In this document: positions 20,714 to 30,913 of the stretch, in pieces
How positions within the stretch are numbered: position 1 is the first letter of the stretch
Layout of the letters: each line of letters begins with the position of its first letter
Assembly (NCBI GenBank): GCA_963845565.1
Contig: CAWJSJ010000005.1
Location: forward strand, 448,001-512,000
Length of the DNA: 64,000 bases
Direction of reading: 5' to 3'
From: an uncultured Methylomirabilota bacterium
Lineage (GTDB): Bacteria; Methylomirabilota; Methylomirabilia; Methylomirabilales; 2-02-FULL-66-22
Program-made: the position numbers and the translations under genes
The notes under the pieces: model-generated
Told to the model about the DNA's origin: nothing
The model's input: the letters and a program-made list of their open reading frames with translations, nothing else
The model's database searches: none

Positions 20714-21943
20714 ATGGAACTGTTCATCGCCCGACAGCCGATCTTCACCCAACAACAGCAAGTGTATGCCTACGAATTATTGTTTCGATCTGGGACCGCG
20801 AATGCCTTCCCCGAGGTCGATGCCAACCATGCCTCGGCCCGGGTTATGGTGGATAGCTTGTGCACGTTGGGGCTGGAAACACTCACGGGTGGCAAGCGTG
20901 CCTTTATCAACATGACGCGCGACCTTCTGGTGGGCGACTACGCCACCTTGTTGCCCAAGGACGCCGCGGTGATCGAGGTGCTCGAGAGTGTCGCGCCCGA
21001 CGAGAAGGTCGTGGCAGCCTGCCAGCGGCTGAAGGAGGCGGGGTACACCATCGCCCTGGACGATTTCACCGAGAAAGCCGCGATGGCGCCCTTGACGGCG
21101 CTGGCCGACATCATCAAGGTGGACTTCCTTACCACACGGCCGGGGGAGCGGCGGGCGCTGGTGAAGCGGTACGGCCCGCGGGGCGTACGTCTTCTCGCGG
21201 AAAAGGTCGAGACGCCGGCCGCGTTCCAGGAGGCGGTGACCTTCGGGTATCACTATTTCCAGGGCTACTTCTTCGCCAAGCCGGCGGTGCTCCAGACGAA
21301 GGCCGCCCCCGAGTTCCGGTTGACGTATCTCAGCCTGCTCCAGGAGGTCGTGAAGCGCGACGTGGACCTCCGCAAGGTGGCCTCCATCGTCGGTCGGGAC
21401 GTCACCCTCTCCTACAAGCTCCTCCGATATATCAATTCGGCGTACTTCGGTTTGCGGCGCACGATCAGTTCGATCCCGGAGGCACTCGGCCTTCTCGGGG
21501 AGAAGGAGTTGAAACGGTGGGCCGGGTTGCTCAGCCTGGCCTCGCTGGCATCGAACAAGCCGGCCGAACTGGTGGTCGAGGCGGCTCTGCGGGCCCGCTT
21601 CTGCGAGGGGCTCGCCGAAGACACCGGCCTGGTCCAGAACAGCGAAGAGTTGTTCCTGCTGGGGATGTTCTCCTTACTCGACGCGATCCTGGATCGTCCG
21701 CTGGAGGCGCTGCTCCAGGAGTTGCCGATCCCGCCGGCGGTCAAGGCCGCCCTCTTGGGCGGGACGGGCCCGCTGCGGGACGTCTTTGACTGTGTCCTAA
21801 CCTACGTTACCGGAGATTGGGACAACCTCTCCGCCCGAATGGATAAGCTGAATCTCGGCGAGGAAGAGGTACCACGGCGCTACCGCGAGGCCGTCGCCTG
21901 GGCGCAGAAAGTCCTCTCCGTCGAGGCGACCGCGGCCAAGTAG
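20714..21943 (+). CDS. EAL-HDOD domain protein (YuxH/PdeH-like putative c-di-GMP phosphodiesterase)
   Basis: ARQPIF, YELLFR, ALDDF, IIKVD, LLAEKVET, FQGYFF, followed by HDOD motif LSYKLLRYINS. Confidence 0.92.
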   Translation: MELFIARQPIFTQQQQVYAYELLFRSGTANAFPEVDANHASARVMVDSLCTLGLETLTGGKRAFINMTRDLLVGDYATLLPKDAAVIEVLESVAPDEKVVAACQRLKEAGYTIALDDFTEKAAMAPLTALADIIKVDFLTTRPGERRALVKRYGPRGVRLLAEKVETPAAFQEAVTFGYHYFQGYFFAKPAVLQTKAAPEFRLTYLSLLQEVVKRDVDLRKVASIVGRDVTLSYKLLRYINSAYFGLRRTISSIPEALGLLGEKELKRWAGLLSLASLASNKPAELVVEAALRARFCEGLAEDTGLVQNSEELFLLGMFSLLDAILDRPLEALLQELPIPPAVKAALLGGTGPLRDVFDCVLTYVTGDWDNLSARMDKLNLGEEEVPRRYREAVAWAQKVLSVEATAAK

Positions 21944-22092
21944 GATCCCGTGATTCCCCTCACGGCGCGTGTATCCCCTCCCGGATGCGCTACACTTACC
22001 TGCCAGTGGTCATTCCAACCAAACTCATCCGAGAACGACTAGGCAACCTGTCCCGCATGTGATATGGATGTGCGGTTTCGCGGAGCGACCAC

Positions 22093-23334
22093 ATGCGCGT
22101 CTTCTACGGCTGGATCATCGCGGGGACCATCCTGACGGTCTGGGCCATCTCCATCGGTCCGCGCCAATCGTTCTCCATCTTCCTCCTTCCCTTCATTGAC
22201 GAGTTCGGCGCCAGCCGCAGCGTCATCTCCGGGATCTTCTCGCTGCACATGGCGCTCTACGCCTTGGGCGGGTGGGGCCTCGGCATCCTCGTGGATCGCG
22301 TCGGACCGAAGCGGATCATCGCGTATAGCACCGCGGGGTGGGCGCTCGTCTTGGTTGCGACCGGATGGCTGGAGAGTGTCTGGCAATTGTATGTCGTGTA
22401 TGGCGTCCTCGGGGGCATCGGGACCGGGGGGCTGGCTTACGTGGCGAACAACGCGCTCATCTCGCGCTGGTTCGTTCGCTATCGAGGATTGGCGACCGGC
22501 ATCGCGCAGGCCGGTGTCCCGCTGGGGACCGCGCTCTACGGACCGCTCAGCCAATTAGGGGTCTCCACGCTTGGTTGGCGACATACGCACCTGGCCTTCG
22601 GTCTCGCCATACTGGCCACCGCCATGCCGCTCATCCTGTTCGTCCATCGGGATGATCCGAAGGAGATGGGACTCCGGCCGGACGGCTTGGCGCCGAGGGA
22701 GGGCGCAAACGCGATGTCCGTCGCGCCGCCGGACAGGCCCATCGGGCATGTCGGGCCGGGGCTCCCGCGCGGGTACTGGGTCATCTTCGGCGCCAACTTC
22801 CTCCGGGGGCTGGCGATGTATGCGATCCTCGTGCACCAGGTGGCATACCTGGTGGACGTCGGGTTCAGCCGGATGGCCGCGGCCTCGTTTTTTTCGACGA
22901 GCGCAGTGATCTCCATCGGCGGCGGACTGGCCGCCGGCGCGATCTCGGACCGCATCGGACGGCCCAGGACCTATCTCGGACTCGCCGGGGTTTTTGCTCT
23001 TGGATACGTGAGCCTGCTCCTCACCCGGGACGCAACGCACGTCGTTACGTTGGCGGTGTACATCGTTGCCATCGGCGTGGCCAACGGCGGTGTCGGCCCC
23101 GTCTTCACCTCTTTCTTGACCGATCGACTCCAAGGCCCGCGGCTGGGATTCCTGCTCGGGCTGCAGAACATCGGGTTTGGCGCCGGGGCGACGCTGGGGC
23201 CCTATTTCGCCGGAGCAGCCTTCGACCTCCTGGGCGGATACACCCTCATCTTCCTCCTGATGGCGTGCTCCATCATCGGCTCCTCGGTCATCGTCTCCAC
23301 CGCGGCACGACGCCCATCGGCATCCGGTCGTTGA
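22093..23334 (+). CDS. MFS transporter (OFA/MCT-like)
   Basis: FYGWII, GILVDRVGPK, ISRWF...RGLATGI and GAISDRIGR motifs; about 12 TM segments. Confidence 0.92.
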   Translation: MRVFYGWIIAGTILTVWAISIGPRQSFSIFLLPFIDEFGASRSVISGIFSLHMALYALGGWGLGILVDRVGPKRIIAYSTAGWALVLVATGWLESVWQLYVVYGVLGGIGTGGLAYVANNALISRWFVRYRGLATGIAQAGVPLGTALYGPLSQLGVSTLGWRHTHLAFGLAILATAMPLILFVHRDDPKEMGLRPDGLAPREGANAMSVAPPDRPIGHVGPGLPRGYWVIFGANFLRGLAMYAILVHQVAYLVDVGFSRMAAASFFSTSAVISIGGGLAAGAISDRIGRPRTYLGLAGVFALGYVSLLLTRDATHVVTLAVYIVAIGVANGGVGPVFTSFLTDRLQGPRLGFLLGLQNIGFGAGATLGPYFAGAAFDLLGGYTLIFLLMACSIIGSSVIVSTAARRPSASGR

Positions 23335-23476
23335 TCCATCCTCCGGCCAGTCGTTTTCACCTCCTGTGGCGCGGACTGGTGAACCACACCCCCGCTCGGC
23401 GTCGTGTTGACCAGGCCGGTGATCTTGTGTAGAGTCCGGATCGGCAATCAGAGGCTACAGGAATCAGGAGCCGACC

Positions 23477-24415
23477 ATGGCGGTGCTGGCAATCGACATC
23501 GGGGGGACGAAGCTTGCGGCGGGTATCGTGGATACCGAGGGACGCATCCTGGCCAGGGGAGAGGTCCCGACGCTCGCCGCGGAAGGGCTCGAACCGGTGC
23601 TCGGTCGCATTGTTGGGCTTGGTCGGGGTCTCCTGTCCCGGCCCGAGGTGGCCGATGTATCCGTCCATCGAGTGGGTGTGGGCTGTGCGGGACCGGTGGA
23701 CCTGAAGGCCGGAATCGTCTTCAATCCGCCGAACCTGCCCGGGTGGTTCCGCGTCCCGCTGATTGACCATCTCCAACAGGCACTCGCCCTGCCGGCTGTC
23801 CTAGAAAACGACGCCAACGCGGCCGCGCTTGGGGAATTCCACTACGGAGCTGGCAGAGGGGCGCAGACCATCGTGTACCTCACCGTCAGCACCGGGATCG
23901 GCGGCGGGATCATCCTAAACGGCAAGGTCTGGCACGGCTTGAAGGATGCCGCGGGCGAGGTCGGTCACATGACGGTCTGTCCTGACGGCCCCCTATGCGG
24001 CTGCGGAAACCGGGGGTGTCTGGAGGCGATGGCCTCCGGTACCTCTATCGCACGCCGGGCCCGGGAGGCGGTTGCCGCCGGCCGCCAGACGGGACTCAGC
24101 GAAATTCCGGCGCTGACCTCTGTGGACGTGGTGCGGTTGGCTCAGGCAGGGGATGTCGTCGCCCGTGAGGTGTGGGACAGCGCCGTGACGTATCTCGGGA
24201 TCGGCGTGGCGGCCGTCATCACGATCTTGGCGCCCGAGCGGATCGTGATCGGGGGCGGCGTCACGCGCGCCGGAGACTTCTTGTTTAAGCCCGTGCGGGA
24301 AGAGGTTCTCCGACGGGTCAAGCTGGTTCCGGTAGAGTCGGTCCCCATTGTTCCCGCCGCACTGGGTCCGGATGTCGGCATCCTGGGGGCCGCGGCAGTG
24401 GCCTTGGATGCCTGA
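23477..24415 (+). CDS. ROK family sugar kinase (glucokinase-like)
   Basis: IDIGGTK, ENDANAAALGE, STGIGGG and GEVGH...CGCGNRGCLE motifs; no HTH. Confidence 0.93.
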   Translation: MAVLAIDIGGTKLAAGIVDTEGRILARGEVPTLAAEGLEPVLGRIVGLGRGLLSRPEVADVSVHRVGVGCAGPVDLKAGIVFNPPNLPGWFRVPLIDHLQQALALPAVLENDANAAALGEFHYGAGRGAQTIVYLTVSTGIGGGIILNGKVWHGLKDAAGEVGHMTVCPDGPLCGCGNRGCLEAMASGTSIARRAREAVAAGRQTGLSEIPALTSVDVVRLAQAGDVVAREVWDSAVTYLGIGVAAVITILAPERIVIGGGVTRAGDFLFKPVREEVLRRVKLVPVESVPIVPAALGPDVGILGAAAVALDA

Positions 24416-24441
24416 AACCGACGAACCCTTCCCAGAACAGA

Positions 24442-24473
24442 ACAGGCCAGAGGGGTCATACCCTCCGGCCTGT
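24442..24473. terminator. Hairpin between convergent ROK and TRAP genes
   Basis: ACAGGCCAGAGGG-GTCATA-CCCTCCGGCCTGT. Confidence 0.55.
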
Positions 24474-24512
24474 CCTCGTTTCCGTCCGATCGCGCAGCTC
24501 GTTACCCGCTAG

Positions 24513-26516
24513 TTAGGTTGCCGCTGTAGGCGACCCAGCCGCAACCCAGACCTTCTTCTTGCGGTACTGAATGATCAGCCCCACGGCCAGGATTGCGACT
24601 CCGATGATATCCGTCAGCAAACCTGGATCGATGAGCATCAGGCCGGCGATGCCGAACAGGATACGCTCGAACCAGTTCATCGGCGCCACGCAGAATCCGA
24701 TCATGGCCGCGCCGATCCCGAACATGCCGCCGAAGGCGGTCACGAGATTCATGGTCAGGAGGTACGGCGTCGTCCCAATCAGCACCATGGCAGGATTCAG
24801 GACGAAAATGTACGGCACGATGAAAGCCCCGATGGCCAACTTCGAGGCGGTGACGCCCGTCCAAAATGGATTGGCCCTGGCGATTCCCGCCCCTGCGTAG
24901 GCCGCGAGGGCCACCGGCGGCGTGATGTCGGCGATGATGCCGAAGTAGAAGACAAAGAGGTGTGCGGCGAGCAGCGGAACCCCGAGCAGGACGAGTGCGG
25001 GCGCGCACATGGTCGCGGTGATGACGTAGTTGGCCGTGGTTGGGACCCCCATGCCCAGGATGAGGGAGGTGATCATCGTGAAGAACATTGTGAGGAGGAG
25101 ATGGCCGCCGGCCAGGTCAATGAGGCCGTTGGCCATCTTCAGCCCAAGGCCGGTCAAGGTCACGACGCCGACGATGATTCCTGCCGTGGCGCAGGCGATA
25201 GCGACCCCCAAGGCGCCGCGAGCCCCCGACTCGAGCGCGTTGACGATATCCGGAATGCTCATCCGCGTGGCCTTCTTGAGCATGCCGGCCACGACCGAGA
25301 GGCCAAGGCCAATGAGAGCGGCATACGCCGGGGTAAAGCCCTCCATCAGGATATAGATGATCGCGATGAGGGGGACGAAGAGGTGGCCGCGCTCCTTCAG
25401 CACCGTCATGACGCGGGGGATCTGTTCCCACGTCTTACCCTTCAGGCCGCAGCGCTTGGCCTCGAAATGGACCTCGATGAAGATGCCGAGGAAATACAGA
25501 CAGGCCGGGATGGCGGCCGCCTTGGCGATATCGACGTAGGGCATGCCGATGAACTCGGCGATGAGGAAGGCCGCCGCCCCCATGATGGGGGGCATGATCT
25601 GGCCGCCGGTGGAGGCCGCGGCCTCGACGGCGCCGGCAAACTCGGGGCGGTAACCGAGTTTCTTCATCATGGGGATGGTGAAGCTTCCGGATCCTACGGT
25701 GTTGGCCACCGAACTTCCCGAGATGGTGCCTTCCAGGGCGGACGTGATGACCGCCACCTTGGCCGGACCACCGGCCGCCCAGCCGGCGATCGCATCGGCG
25801 ATGTCGATGAACAGTTTCCCGATGCCGGTTTTCTCGAGGAACGCGCCGAAGAGGATGAACAGGAAGATGAAGGTGGCGGAGACGCCCAGGGGGATGCCGA
25901 GGATTCCCTCGGTGGTGAAGTACATATGGGAGACGATCCGCTCGATGGAATAGCCACGGTGCGAGAGGAAGCCCGGGAGATACGCGCCGAAGTAGGCGTA
26001 AGCCAGGAAGCCGCTGGCGATCACGACAATGGGGGTGCCGACTACGCGGCGCGCGGCTTCCAGCGTCAAGAGGGTCCCGCAGATGCCGACGACCATATCG
26101 ACTTTCGAATAATCGCCGGCCGTCTCCATCAAGCGGGTATAATTCATGGTCAAATACATTCCGATACACGCGGCAAAGGCCGCAAAGAGATAATCTTGCA
26201 CCCGCAATCGGTTGACGGCGGTCTTGGTGCGGAAGGGGTACAGGAGGAACGTGAGCACGAAGGCAAACGACAGGTGGACGGAGCGCTGGATCTGTGCGGG
26301 GTACGCCCCGAACATGGCGGTGTATAACTGAAAACAGGAGAAGGCGACCGCCAGCCAGTACACAATACGAAACTGGTATCCGGAAAGCTTGCGAAAGGTG
26401 GACTCCTTGTCGACCTTCGCAAGCAGTTTCGTGATCTCTTCCTCGGTTACCTCCGATTTGATATCGGACATGCGCATGACGTCGGGCCGGTCTTTGGGTT
26501 GTTCTTTGTCGCTCAC
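24513..26516 (-). CDS. TAXI-TRAP fused 4TM/12TM permease
   Basis: GGPAKVAV, GSSVAN, EAAASTGGQIMPPIMGA and ITPPVALA motifs; GTG start overlaps the DUF1850 stop (downstream ATG starts are possible). Confidence 0.93.
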   Translation of the reverse strand: MSDKEQPKDRPDVMRMSDIKSEVTEEEITKLLAKVDKESTFRKLSGYQFRIVYWLAVAFSCFQLYTAMFGAYPAQIQRSVHLSFAFVLTFLLYPFRTKTAVNRLRVQDYLFAAFAACIGMYLTMNYTRLMETAGDYSKVDMVVGICGTLLTLEAARRVVGTPIVVIASGFLAYAYFGAYLPGFLSHRGYSIERIVSHMYFTTEGILGIPLGVSATFIFLFILFGAFLEKTGIGKLFIDIADAIAGWAAGGPAKVAVITSALEGTISGSSVANTVGSGSFTIPMMKKLGYRPEFAGAVEAAASTGGQIMPPIMGAAAFLIAEFIGMPYVDIAKAAAIPACLYFLGIFIEVHFEAKRCGLKGKTWEQIPRVMTVLKERGHLFVPLIAIIYILMEGFTPAYAALIGLGLSVVAGMLKKATRMSIPDIVNALESGARGALGVAIACATAGIIVGVVTLTGLGLKMANGLIDLAGGHLLLTMFFTMITSLILGMGVPTTANYVITATMCAPALVLLGVPLLAAHLFVFYFGIIADITPPVALAAYAGAGIARANPFWTGVTASKLAIGAFIVPYIFVLNPAMVLIGTTPYLLTMNLVTAFGGMFGIGAAMIGFCVAPMNWFERILFGIAGLMLIDPGLLTDIIGVAILAVGLIIQYRKKKVWVAAGSPTAAT

Positions 26517-27019
26517 CGGACGCACCTTCCTTTCCAGAGATCAAACCACGAATAGGCCGTCGGACGCAGCGCAACCGCGGTACCGGGCGGGGCGAGATCG
26601 GCCAGATGGATATGCCGGTCTTTCAGTTGGAGCGTGTGGTCGGCCACCCAGCCAATCCGAACCACCACCTCGGGCATTGGCCGGTTGATCGTCCACTCCA
26701 GCCAGCCGTCCTCGGTGACCCGCAGCGTACCTTCGTCCGTCGAAGCCTCCGGCATGCCCGCGCCGAAGGCATCGAAAACGGACTTTACGACAACCAGGTG
26801 ATCGCTGGCAACGCGAATCGTATCGTAAACCGGCCGCCGATTGACCGAGTGGACGAATGCCAGGACGACCTCTTCGCCGACGCGCATCTTTGCGCAGAGC
26901 AACGGCGCAGGAAAATCGGCCCGCGCGACATCGAGAACAAGATATCGTGGCCAAAAAACAAGCGCGGCAAGGGCCGCGCCCATCATGACCACCAGAATAG
27001 CCGTCCATTGTTTCCGCAT
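26513..27019 (-). CDS. DUF1850 family protein
   Basis: FVHSVNRRPV and FGAGMP motifs; sits between the TAXI SBP and the fused permease. Confidence 0.85.
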   Translation of the reverse strand: MRKQWTAILVVMMGAALAALVFWPRYLVLDVARADFPAPLLCAKMRVGEEVVLAFVHSVNRRPVYDTIRVASDHLVVVKSVFDAFGAGMPEASTDEGTLRVTEDGWLEWTINRPMPEVVVRIGWVADHTLQLKDRHIHLADLAPPGTAVALRPTAYSWFDLWKGRCVR

Positions 27020-27030
27020 GCCGTCCTACA

Positions 27031-27065
27031 AAGAAACAGCCGGGCAGCCTTCTAGGCTGCCCGGC
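27031..27065 (-). terminator. Internal terminator/stabiliser hairpin after the TAXI SBP gene
   Basis: GCCGGGCAGCCT-N3-AGGCTGCCCGGC followed on the minus strand by TGTTTCTT. Confidence 0.65.
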
Positions 27066-27082
27066 CGCGTCAGGCGTTTTCC

Positions 27083-28033
27083 CTACTTCAGGATGCCCTT
27101 TTCCTTGTAGTACTTCTCGGCGCCCGGGTGGAGGGGAATGGAAATACCCGTGGCTGCGCCCTGGAGGCTCAACACCTTGCCCTTGGCATGGGCAGCCGCG
27201 AGTTCGGCCTGATTCTCGAACAACGCTTTGGTAAGATTGTAGACCACATCCGTGCTCAGTTTCGGATGGGCGATCAGGACCGCGTTGACCGCTGCCGTCT
27301 TCACGTCGCTCGTCACGCCTTTGTACGCGTTGGCAGGGATCACGGCGCCTGAGAGGAACGGGTACTTGTTCGTCAAGATGGAGAGCATCGTGTCTGGGAT
27401 GGCGAGGATCTTGATGCTCCGCTGAGTCGCCACGTCCATGATCGCTGAGGTGGGAACGCCGCCGGTGACCATGAAGGCGTCGATGCGCTTATCCTTGAAC
27501 TGATCCGCGCTCTCGGCGAACGACAGGTACTGCGCACTGACGTCGTCCTTGCTCATCTTATGGACATCGAGGAGTTGGCGGTAGTTCGCCTCAGTCCCGC
27601 TACCCGGCGCGCCCACGCCGATCTTCTTCCCACGCAGGCCGGAAAACGAATCGATGTCGAGGTCGCCGCGAACTACGATGTGGATCAGTTCGGGGTACAG
27701 CACGGCAACCCCCGCCATCTTCGTCAGCTTCTCCTTGAACGTCTCTTGGGCTTTGAACGCGAAGTCGATAGTGTCGCTCTGGACCAGCGCCAGCTCGACC
27801 TCATCCTTGTTCATGAGACGCACATTCTCGACCGATGCGCCGGTGGCCTGTGCGGTGACGTTCATGCCAGGGATCTTGGAGTTCCAGATCTTGGACATGG
27901 CCCCGCCATACGGGTAGTAGGTGCCCGCGGTGCCGCCGGTGGCCAGGATCAACTTCGCCTCGCCGGCCATCGCCGCGGAGGCGAGGCCGAGCATCGCCAC
28001 ACACAACGTCAGAACAATCGCTACTTTCTTCAT
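27083..28033 (-). CDS. TAXI family TRAP substrate-binding protein
   Basis: Signal peptide; ATGGTAGTYY, TGASVEN, GAPGSGTE and PLHPGA motifs. Confidence 0.95.
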   Translation of the reverse strand: MKKVAIVLTLCVAMLGLASAAMAGEAKLILATGGTAGTYYPYGGAMSKIWNSKIPGMNVTAQATGASVENVRLMNKDEVELALVQSDTIDFAFKAQETFKEKLTKMAGVAVLYPELIHIVVRGDLDIDSFSGLRGKKIGVGAPGSGTEANYRQLLDVHKMSKDDVSAQYLSFAESADQFKDKRIDAFMVTGGVPTSAIMDVATQRSIKILAIPDTMLSILTNKYPFLSGAVIPANAYKGVTSDVKTAAVNAVLIAHPKLSTDVVYNLTKALFENQAELAAAHAKGKVLSLQGAATGISIPLHPGAEKYYKEKGILK

Positions 28034-28225
28034 GGGTGTCCTCCTTTGACATTGAACGGTGGATGGGTGAGGTGTGCTCTCGCCTGAGTGAATATCCCTC
28101 CTCCCGAAGATCGAACAGGAGATAAGAAGTCGCCCAAAACGAGCAGTTCACCCGGCGCCCGCAGCAGCGGAAAGCGTCGAAGACGAATGTCAGTCACGCG
28201 CTTCGTGCTTGGAAGTTCAAGCGTG

Positions 28226-28254
28226 AGCATTGCCCGAATCGGTTGCAGTGTCAA
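28226..28254 (-). promoter_or_regulatory. Possible sigma70 promoter of the TAXI operon
   Basis: TTGACA-17 bp-AATGCT on the minus strand; the -10 match is weak. Confidence 0.4.
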
Positions 28255-28408
28255 GGGGAAATCCCCGGATGTACTCTTCGATTGTGCTGGCCTTCTTCCC
28301 TCGGTTAGACGCAACTTCTCGGGAGGAAAATTCAACCGGGGATCGACGTTCGACACACCTGATGATCCTGACCTGTCACACCAGGGGGCTTGCCCCCGAT
28401 CCTCGCGG

Positions 28409-29038
28409 TCAGGTGCCGGGACAAACGAAGGCCATCTGCCAGAAAGCCCGTTCCAGTCTGAGGACCTCGAGAAACTCGGCCTCGGCCTGCGCCTGATCCG
28501 CTTCGGGTGCGGCGTCAAGCGCCTCGTCGGCCTGGCGACGAAGGTGTCCGACGTACGCGCCAAACTCGGCACTCCCCCAGCGTCGGGCAAACTCATCGTA
28601 GGGGGGGACCATCGGGGAGGCGTCTTGCCACGCGTGGTTGTACACCGCCTCGATGGCCCAAAAGGCCGTGGCCTGGACGGGATATGGCGCATGAGCGAGC
28701 CGGTCCATGAATTGACAATACTGGACGCAGGCCGTCTGCTGCGGGACGGTGAGTTGGAGACCCCGTTCGCCGGCGTGCGCGCGGAACCATGATAGTTCGT
28801 CCCGGAGGGCGGTGAGGCCGCCAAGGAGGACATCGAAGTGCTCGACCGGGGCGGTGGTCAGAACGCGGGCGGCGAAGCGGGTGAACTCGACGACAAAGAG
28901 ATAGTCCTGGACAAGCCAGGTCGCGAACTGGCCGTACTCGATCGTTCCCGTTCGGCATCCCTCGAGGAAGGGGTGGCGCGTCGCCTCGTCCCACGCCTTG
29001 GCATGTCGCGCGACGAATTGATCGCACGTAAGGCCCAT
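28409..29038 (-). CDS. tenA: TenA family protein, TenA_E-like (thiamin pyrimidine salvage amidohydrolase)
   Basis: ATRHPFL, WLVQDYLFV and FWAIEAVY (no catalytic Cys at this position), ERAFW; RBS GGAGG. Confidence 0.85.
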   Translation of the reverse strand: MGLTCDQFVARHAKAWDEATRHPFLEGCRTGTIEYGQFATWLVQDYLFVVEFTRFAARVLTTAPVEHFDVLLGGLTALRDELSWFRAHAGERGLQLTVPQQTACVQYCQFMDRLAHAPYPVQATAFWAIEAVYNHAWQDASPMVPPYDEFARRWGSAEFGAYVGHLRRQADEALDAAPEADQAQAEAEFLEVLRLERAFWQMAFVCPGT

Positions 29039-29064
29039 GGCGTCATCCTCCGTGCTTCTTTCTG

Positions 29065-29215
29065 GCAGGCCGTTGAAATGCTCGTTTCCCCCAGGCTGCT
29101 CAAAAAGGCTCAGATGCAAGGCGGAGCACGGAGCGCCGAGTGAGGCGTACTGGGATGTACGCCGCAACGAGCGCGCGAGTGGTCCAACGCCGCAGATGGA
29201 CCTTTTTCAGCAGCC
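29065..29215. mobile_element. MITE-like structured repeat, family B copy 1
   Basis: TIRs GGCTGCTCAAAAAGG (29094) and CCTTTTTCAGCAGCC (ends 29215), central GAGGCGTAC-N-GTACG, and a degenerate extra left end at 29065; homologous to 32440-32610. Confidence 0.8.
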
Positions 29216-30898
29216 AGGACTTGGCGGGGACCAGGGCTCCGGTGCCGGGCAATTCACATCGGTGATGACCTCGACCACTGCAGGGAGGTTTGCTGCCATC
29301 GCCTGCCTGATGGCCGGGGCGATTTCGTCGGGTTGCGTCACCTGAAGACCCACGCAACCCATCTCACGGGCCAGAGCGGCAAAGCTCACGTTCCCGAAAT
29401 CGAATAGATCGCCGGGATTGCCCGGACGATTCGCATACAACTTCCGGATCGTGACGGCACACTGGCCAAGAGCGCGGTTGTTGTTGACCACGGTTACCGT
29501 ATGGATGCCGCAACGTCGCGCGGTCTCCAGTTCGCTCAGATGATACCACATGCCTCCGTCGCCGGTGAAACAGACGACGGGCCGATCCGGGGTGGCGCAC
29601 TTTGCTCCCAGCGCGGCAGGGAACGCCCAGCCGAGCGAGCCCGCGCAGCGGATGTAGTCTTGCCCGGGGGCCGTCAGATGCACCTGGGTTCCGGTCCAGA
29701 TCCCGGCGAAGCCGGTGTCTCCCACCAGAATGCCGTTGGGCGGCAGGCAGTCGGTCACCTCTTTGCACAGCCGCTCGGGGCGGATGGGGACAGCCCCCGA
29801 GGCGCGGTGCGGCGCCAGCTCCTCCCGCCATCGGCGCACCAGTTCCTGGGCGCGGACGGCCCAGGCCGATTTCGGCTGGACGTCCGACCCCACGGCCTCC
29901 AGGAGCATCTTCAGGGTCACCTTGGCATCCCCAGGCACTCCCAGGGTGTGGGGGTAGTTCCGCCCAAGTTCGACTGGGTTGATATCGATCTGGACGATCC
30001 GAGTTCCCGGGCGGGGAATCTTCCATCCAAGGGTTACCATCTCCCCGGTAGCCGATCCGACGAAAATGGCTAGGTCGGCCTCGGCAACCGCCTGGTTGGC
30101 GCACCAGCGCGAGTAGCGGCCGACCACGCCGACGTTCAACGGGTGATCGTCCAAGAGGGCGGATTTGCCATTCAGGGAAGTTGCGACGGGGATGGAGAGC
30201 CGCTCGGCCAGGGCTCGAAGCTCGGCGCCGGCCCGGGACGCCGTGACACCGCCGCCGGCGACGATGACGGGCCGCTCCGCAGCCGCCAACAGGCGTGCCG
30301 CCTCGGCGACCTGGGTGGCGTCGGGCGGCGTCCGGTAGGGGGGGATGCGCGCGAACGGTTCCTCGACCAGGACCTCCAGATCCATCTCCGCTTCCTCGAT
30401 CGCCTGGCCCTGATACCCCAGGAGGTCAAGGTGGACGGGGCCGGGAGTCGCGGAAGTTGCTTCACGGAAGGCCTGGCGGAGGAGGTGAGGTAGCTGAGCG
30501 AGCGTATCCACGTTAGCGTTGTACTTCGTGACCGCATCGAACATCGGGCCGTGGAGGATCTCCTGGTACGCGTGCCGGTACTGCGCCATGGGGATCTGCC
30601 GCCCGGTGATGGCGATGACCGGGGAGCGACCGAGGAACGGATCCTGGAGGCCCGAGGCCAGATTTGCGGCTCCCACGGACTGGGCCATGCACACGCCGGG
30701 TCGGCGGGCGATCCGGGCGTATCCATCGGCCATGTACGCGGCGGCCTTCTCGGAATGGGTGAGGACCCTGCGAATACCGAGGCTCTCCATCTCCATCAGG
30801 GTGCGCCGCAGGATCGCCTCGACGAAGAAGACGTGGGTGACGCCGTACCCTTTGAGCGATTCAGCAATGAACCTCGCACCGATCATTCGATGTGGCAT
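29207..30898 (-). CDS. ThDP-dependent enzyme, acetolactate synthase large-subunit-like
   Basis: HSEKAAAYMADGYAR, PGPVHLDL and FTGDGG...VNNN motifs. Confidence 0.92.
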   Translation of the reverse strand: MPHRMIGARFIAESLKGYGVTHVFFVEAILRRTLMEMESLGIRRVLTHSEKAAAYMADGYARIARRPGVCMAQSVGAANLASGLQDPFLGRSPVIAITGRQIPMAQYRHAYQEILHGPMFDAVTKYNANVDTLAQLPHLLRQAFREATSATPGPVHLDLLGYQGQAIEEAEMDLEVLVEEPFARIPPYRTPPDATQVAEAARLLAAAERPVIVAGGGVTASRAGAELRALAERLSIPVATSLNGKSALLDDHPLNVGVVGRYSRWCANQAVAEADLAIFVGSATGEMVTLGWKIPRPGTRIVQIDINPVELGRNYPHTLGVPGDAKVTLKMLLEAVGSDVQPKSAWAVRAQELVRRWREELAPHRASGAVPIRPERLCKEVTDCLPPNGILVGDTGFAGIWTGTQVHLTAPGQDYIRCAGSLGWAFPAALGAKCATPDRPVVCFTGDGGMWYHLSELETARRCGIHTVTVVNNNRALGQCAVTIRKLYANRPGNPGDLFDFGNVSFAALAREMGCVGLQVTQPDEIAPAIRQAMAANLPAVVEVITDVNCPAPEPWSPPSPGC

Positions 30899-30913
30899 GT
30901 GATCCTCCCAGGA

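Noticed and set aside
28034..28225. Long leader of the TAXI operon as a riboswitch
   Set aside because: No convincing stems or known aptamer motifs were seen by eye; an Rfam scan would be needed.
29039..29215. Possible TPP riboswitch upstream of tenA
   Set aside because: No CTGAGA/CCTGA-type TPP core was seen, and the structure here is the family B repeat, which also occurs at an unrelated position.
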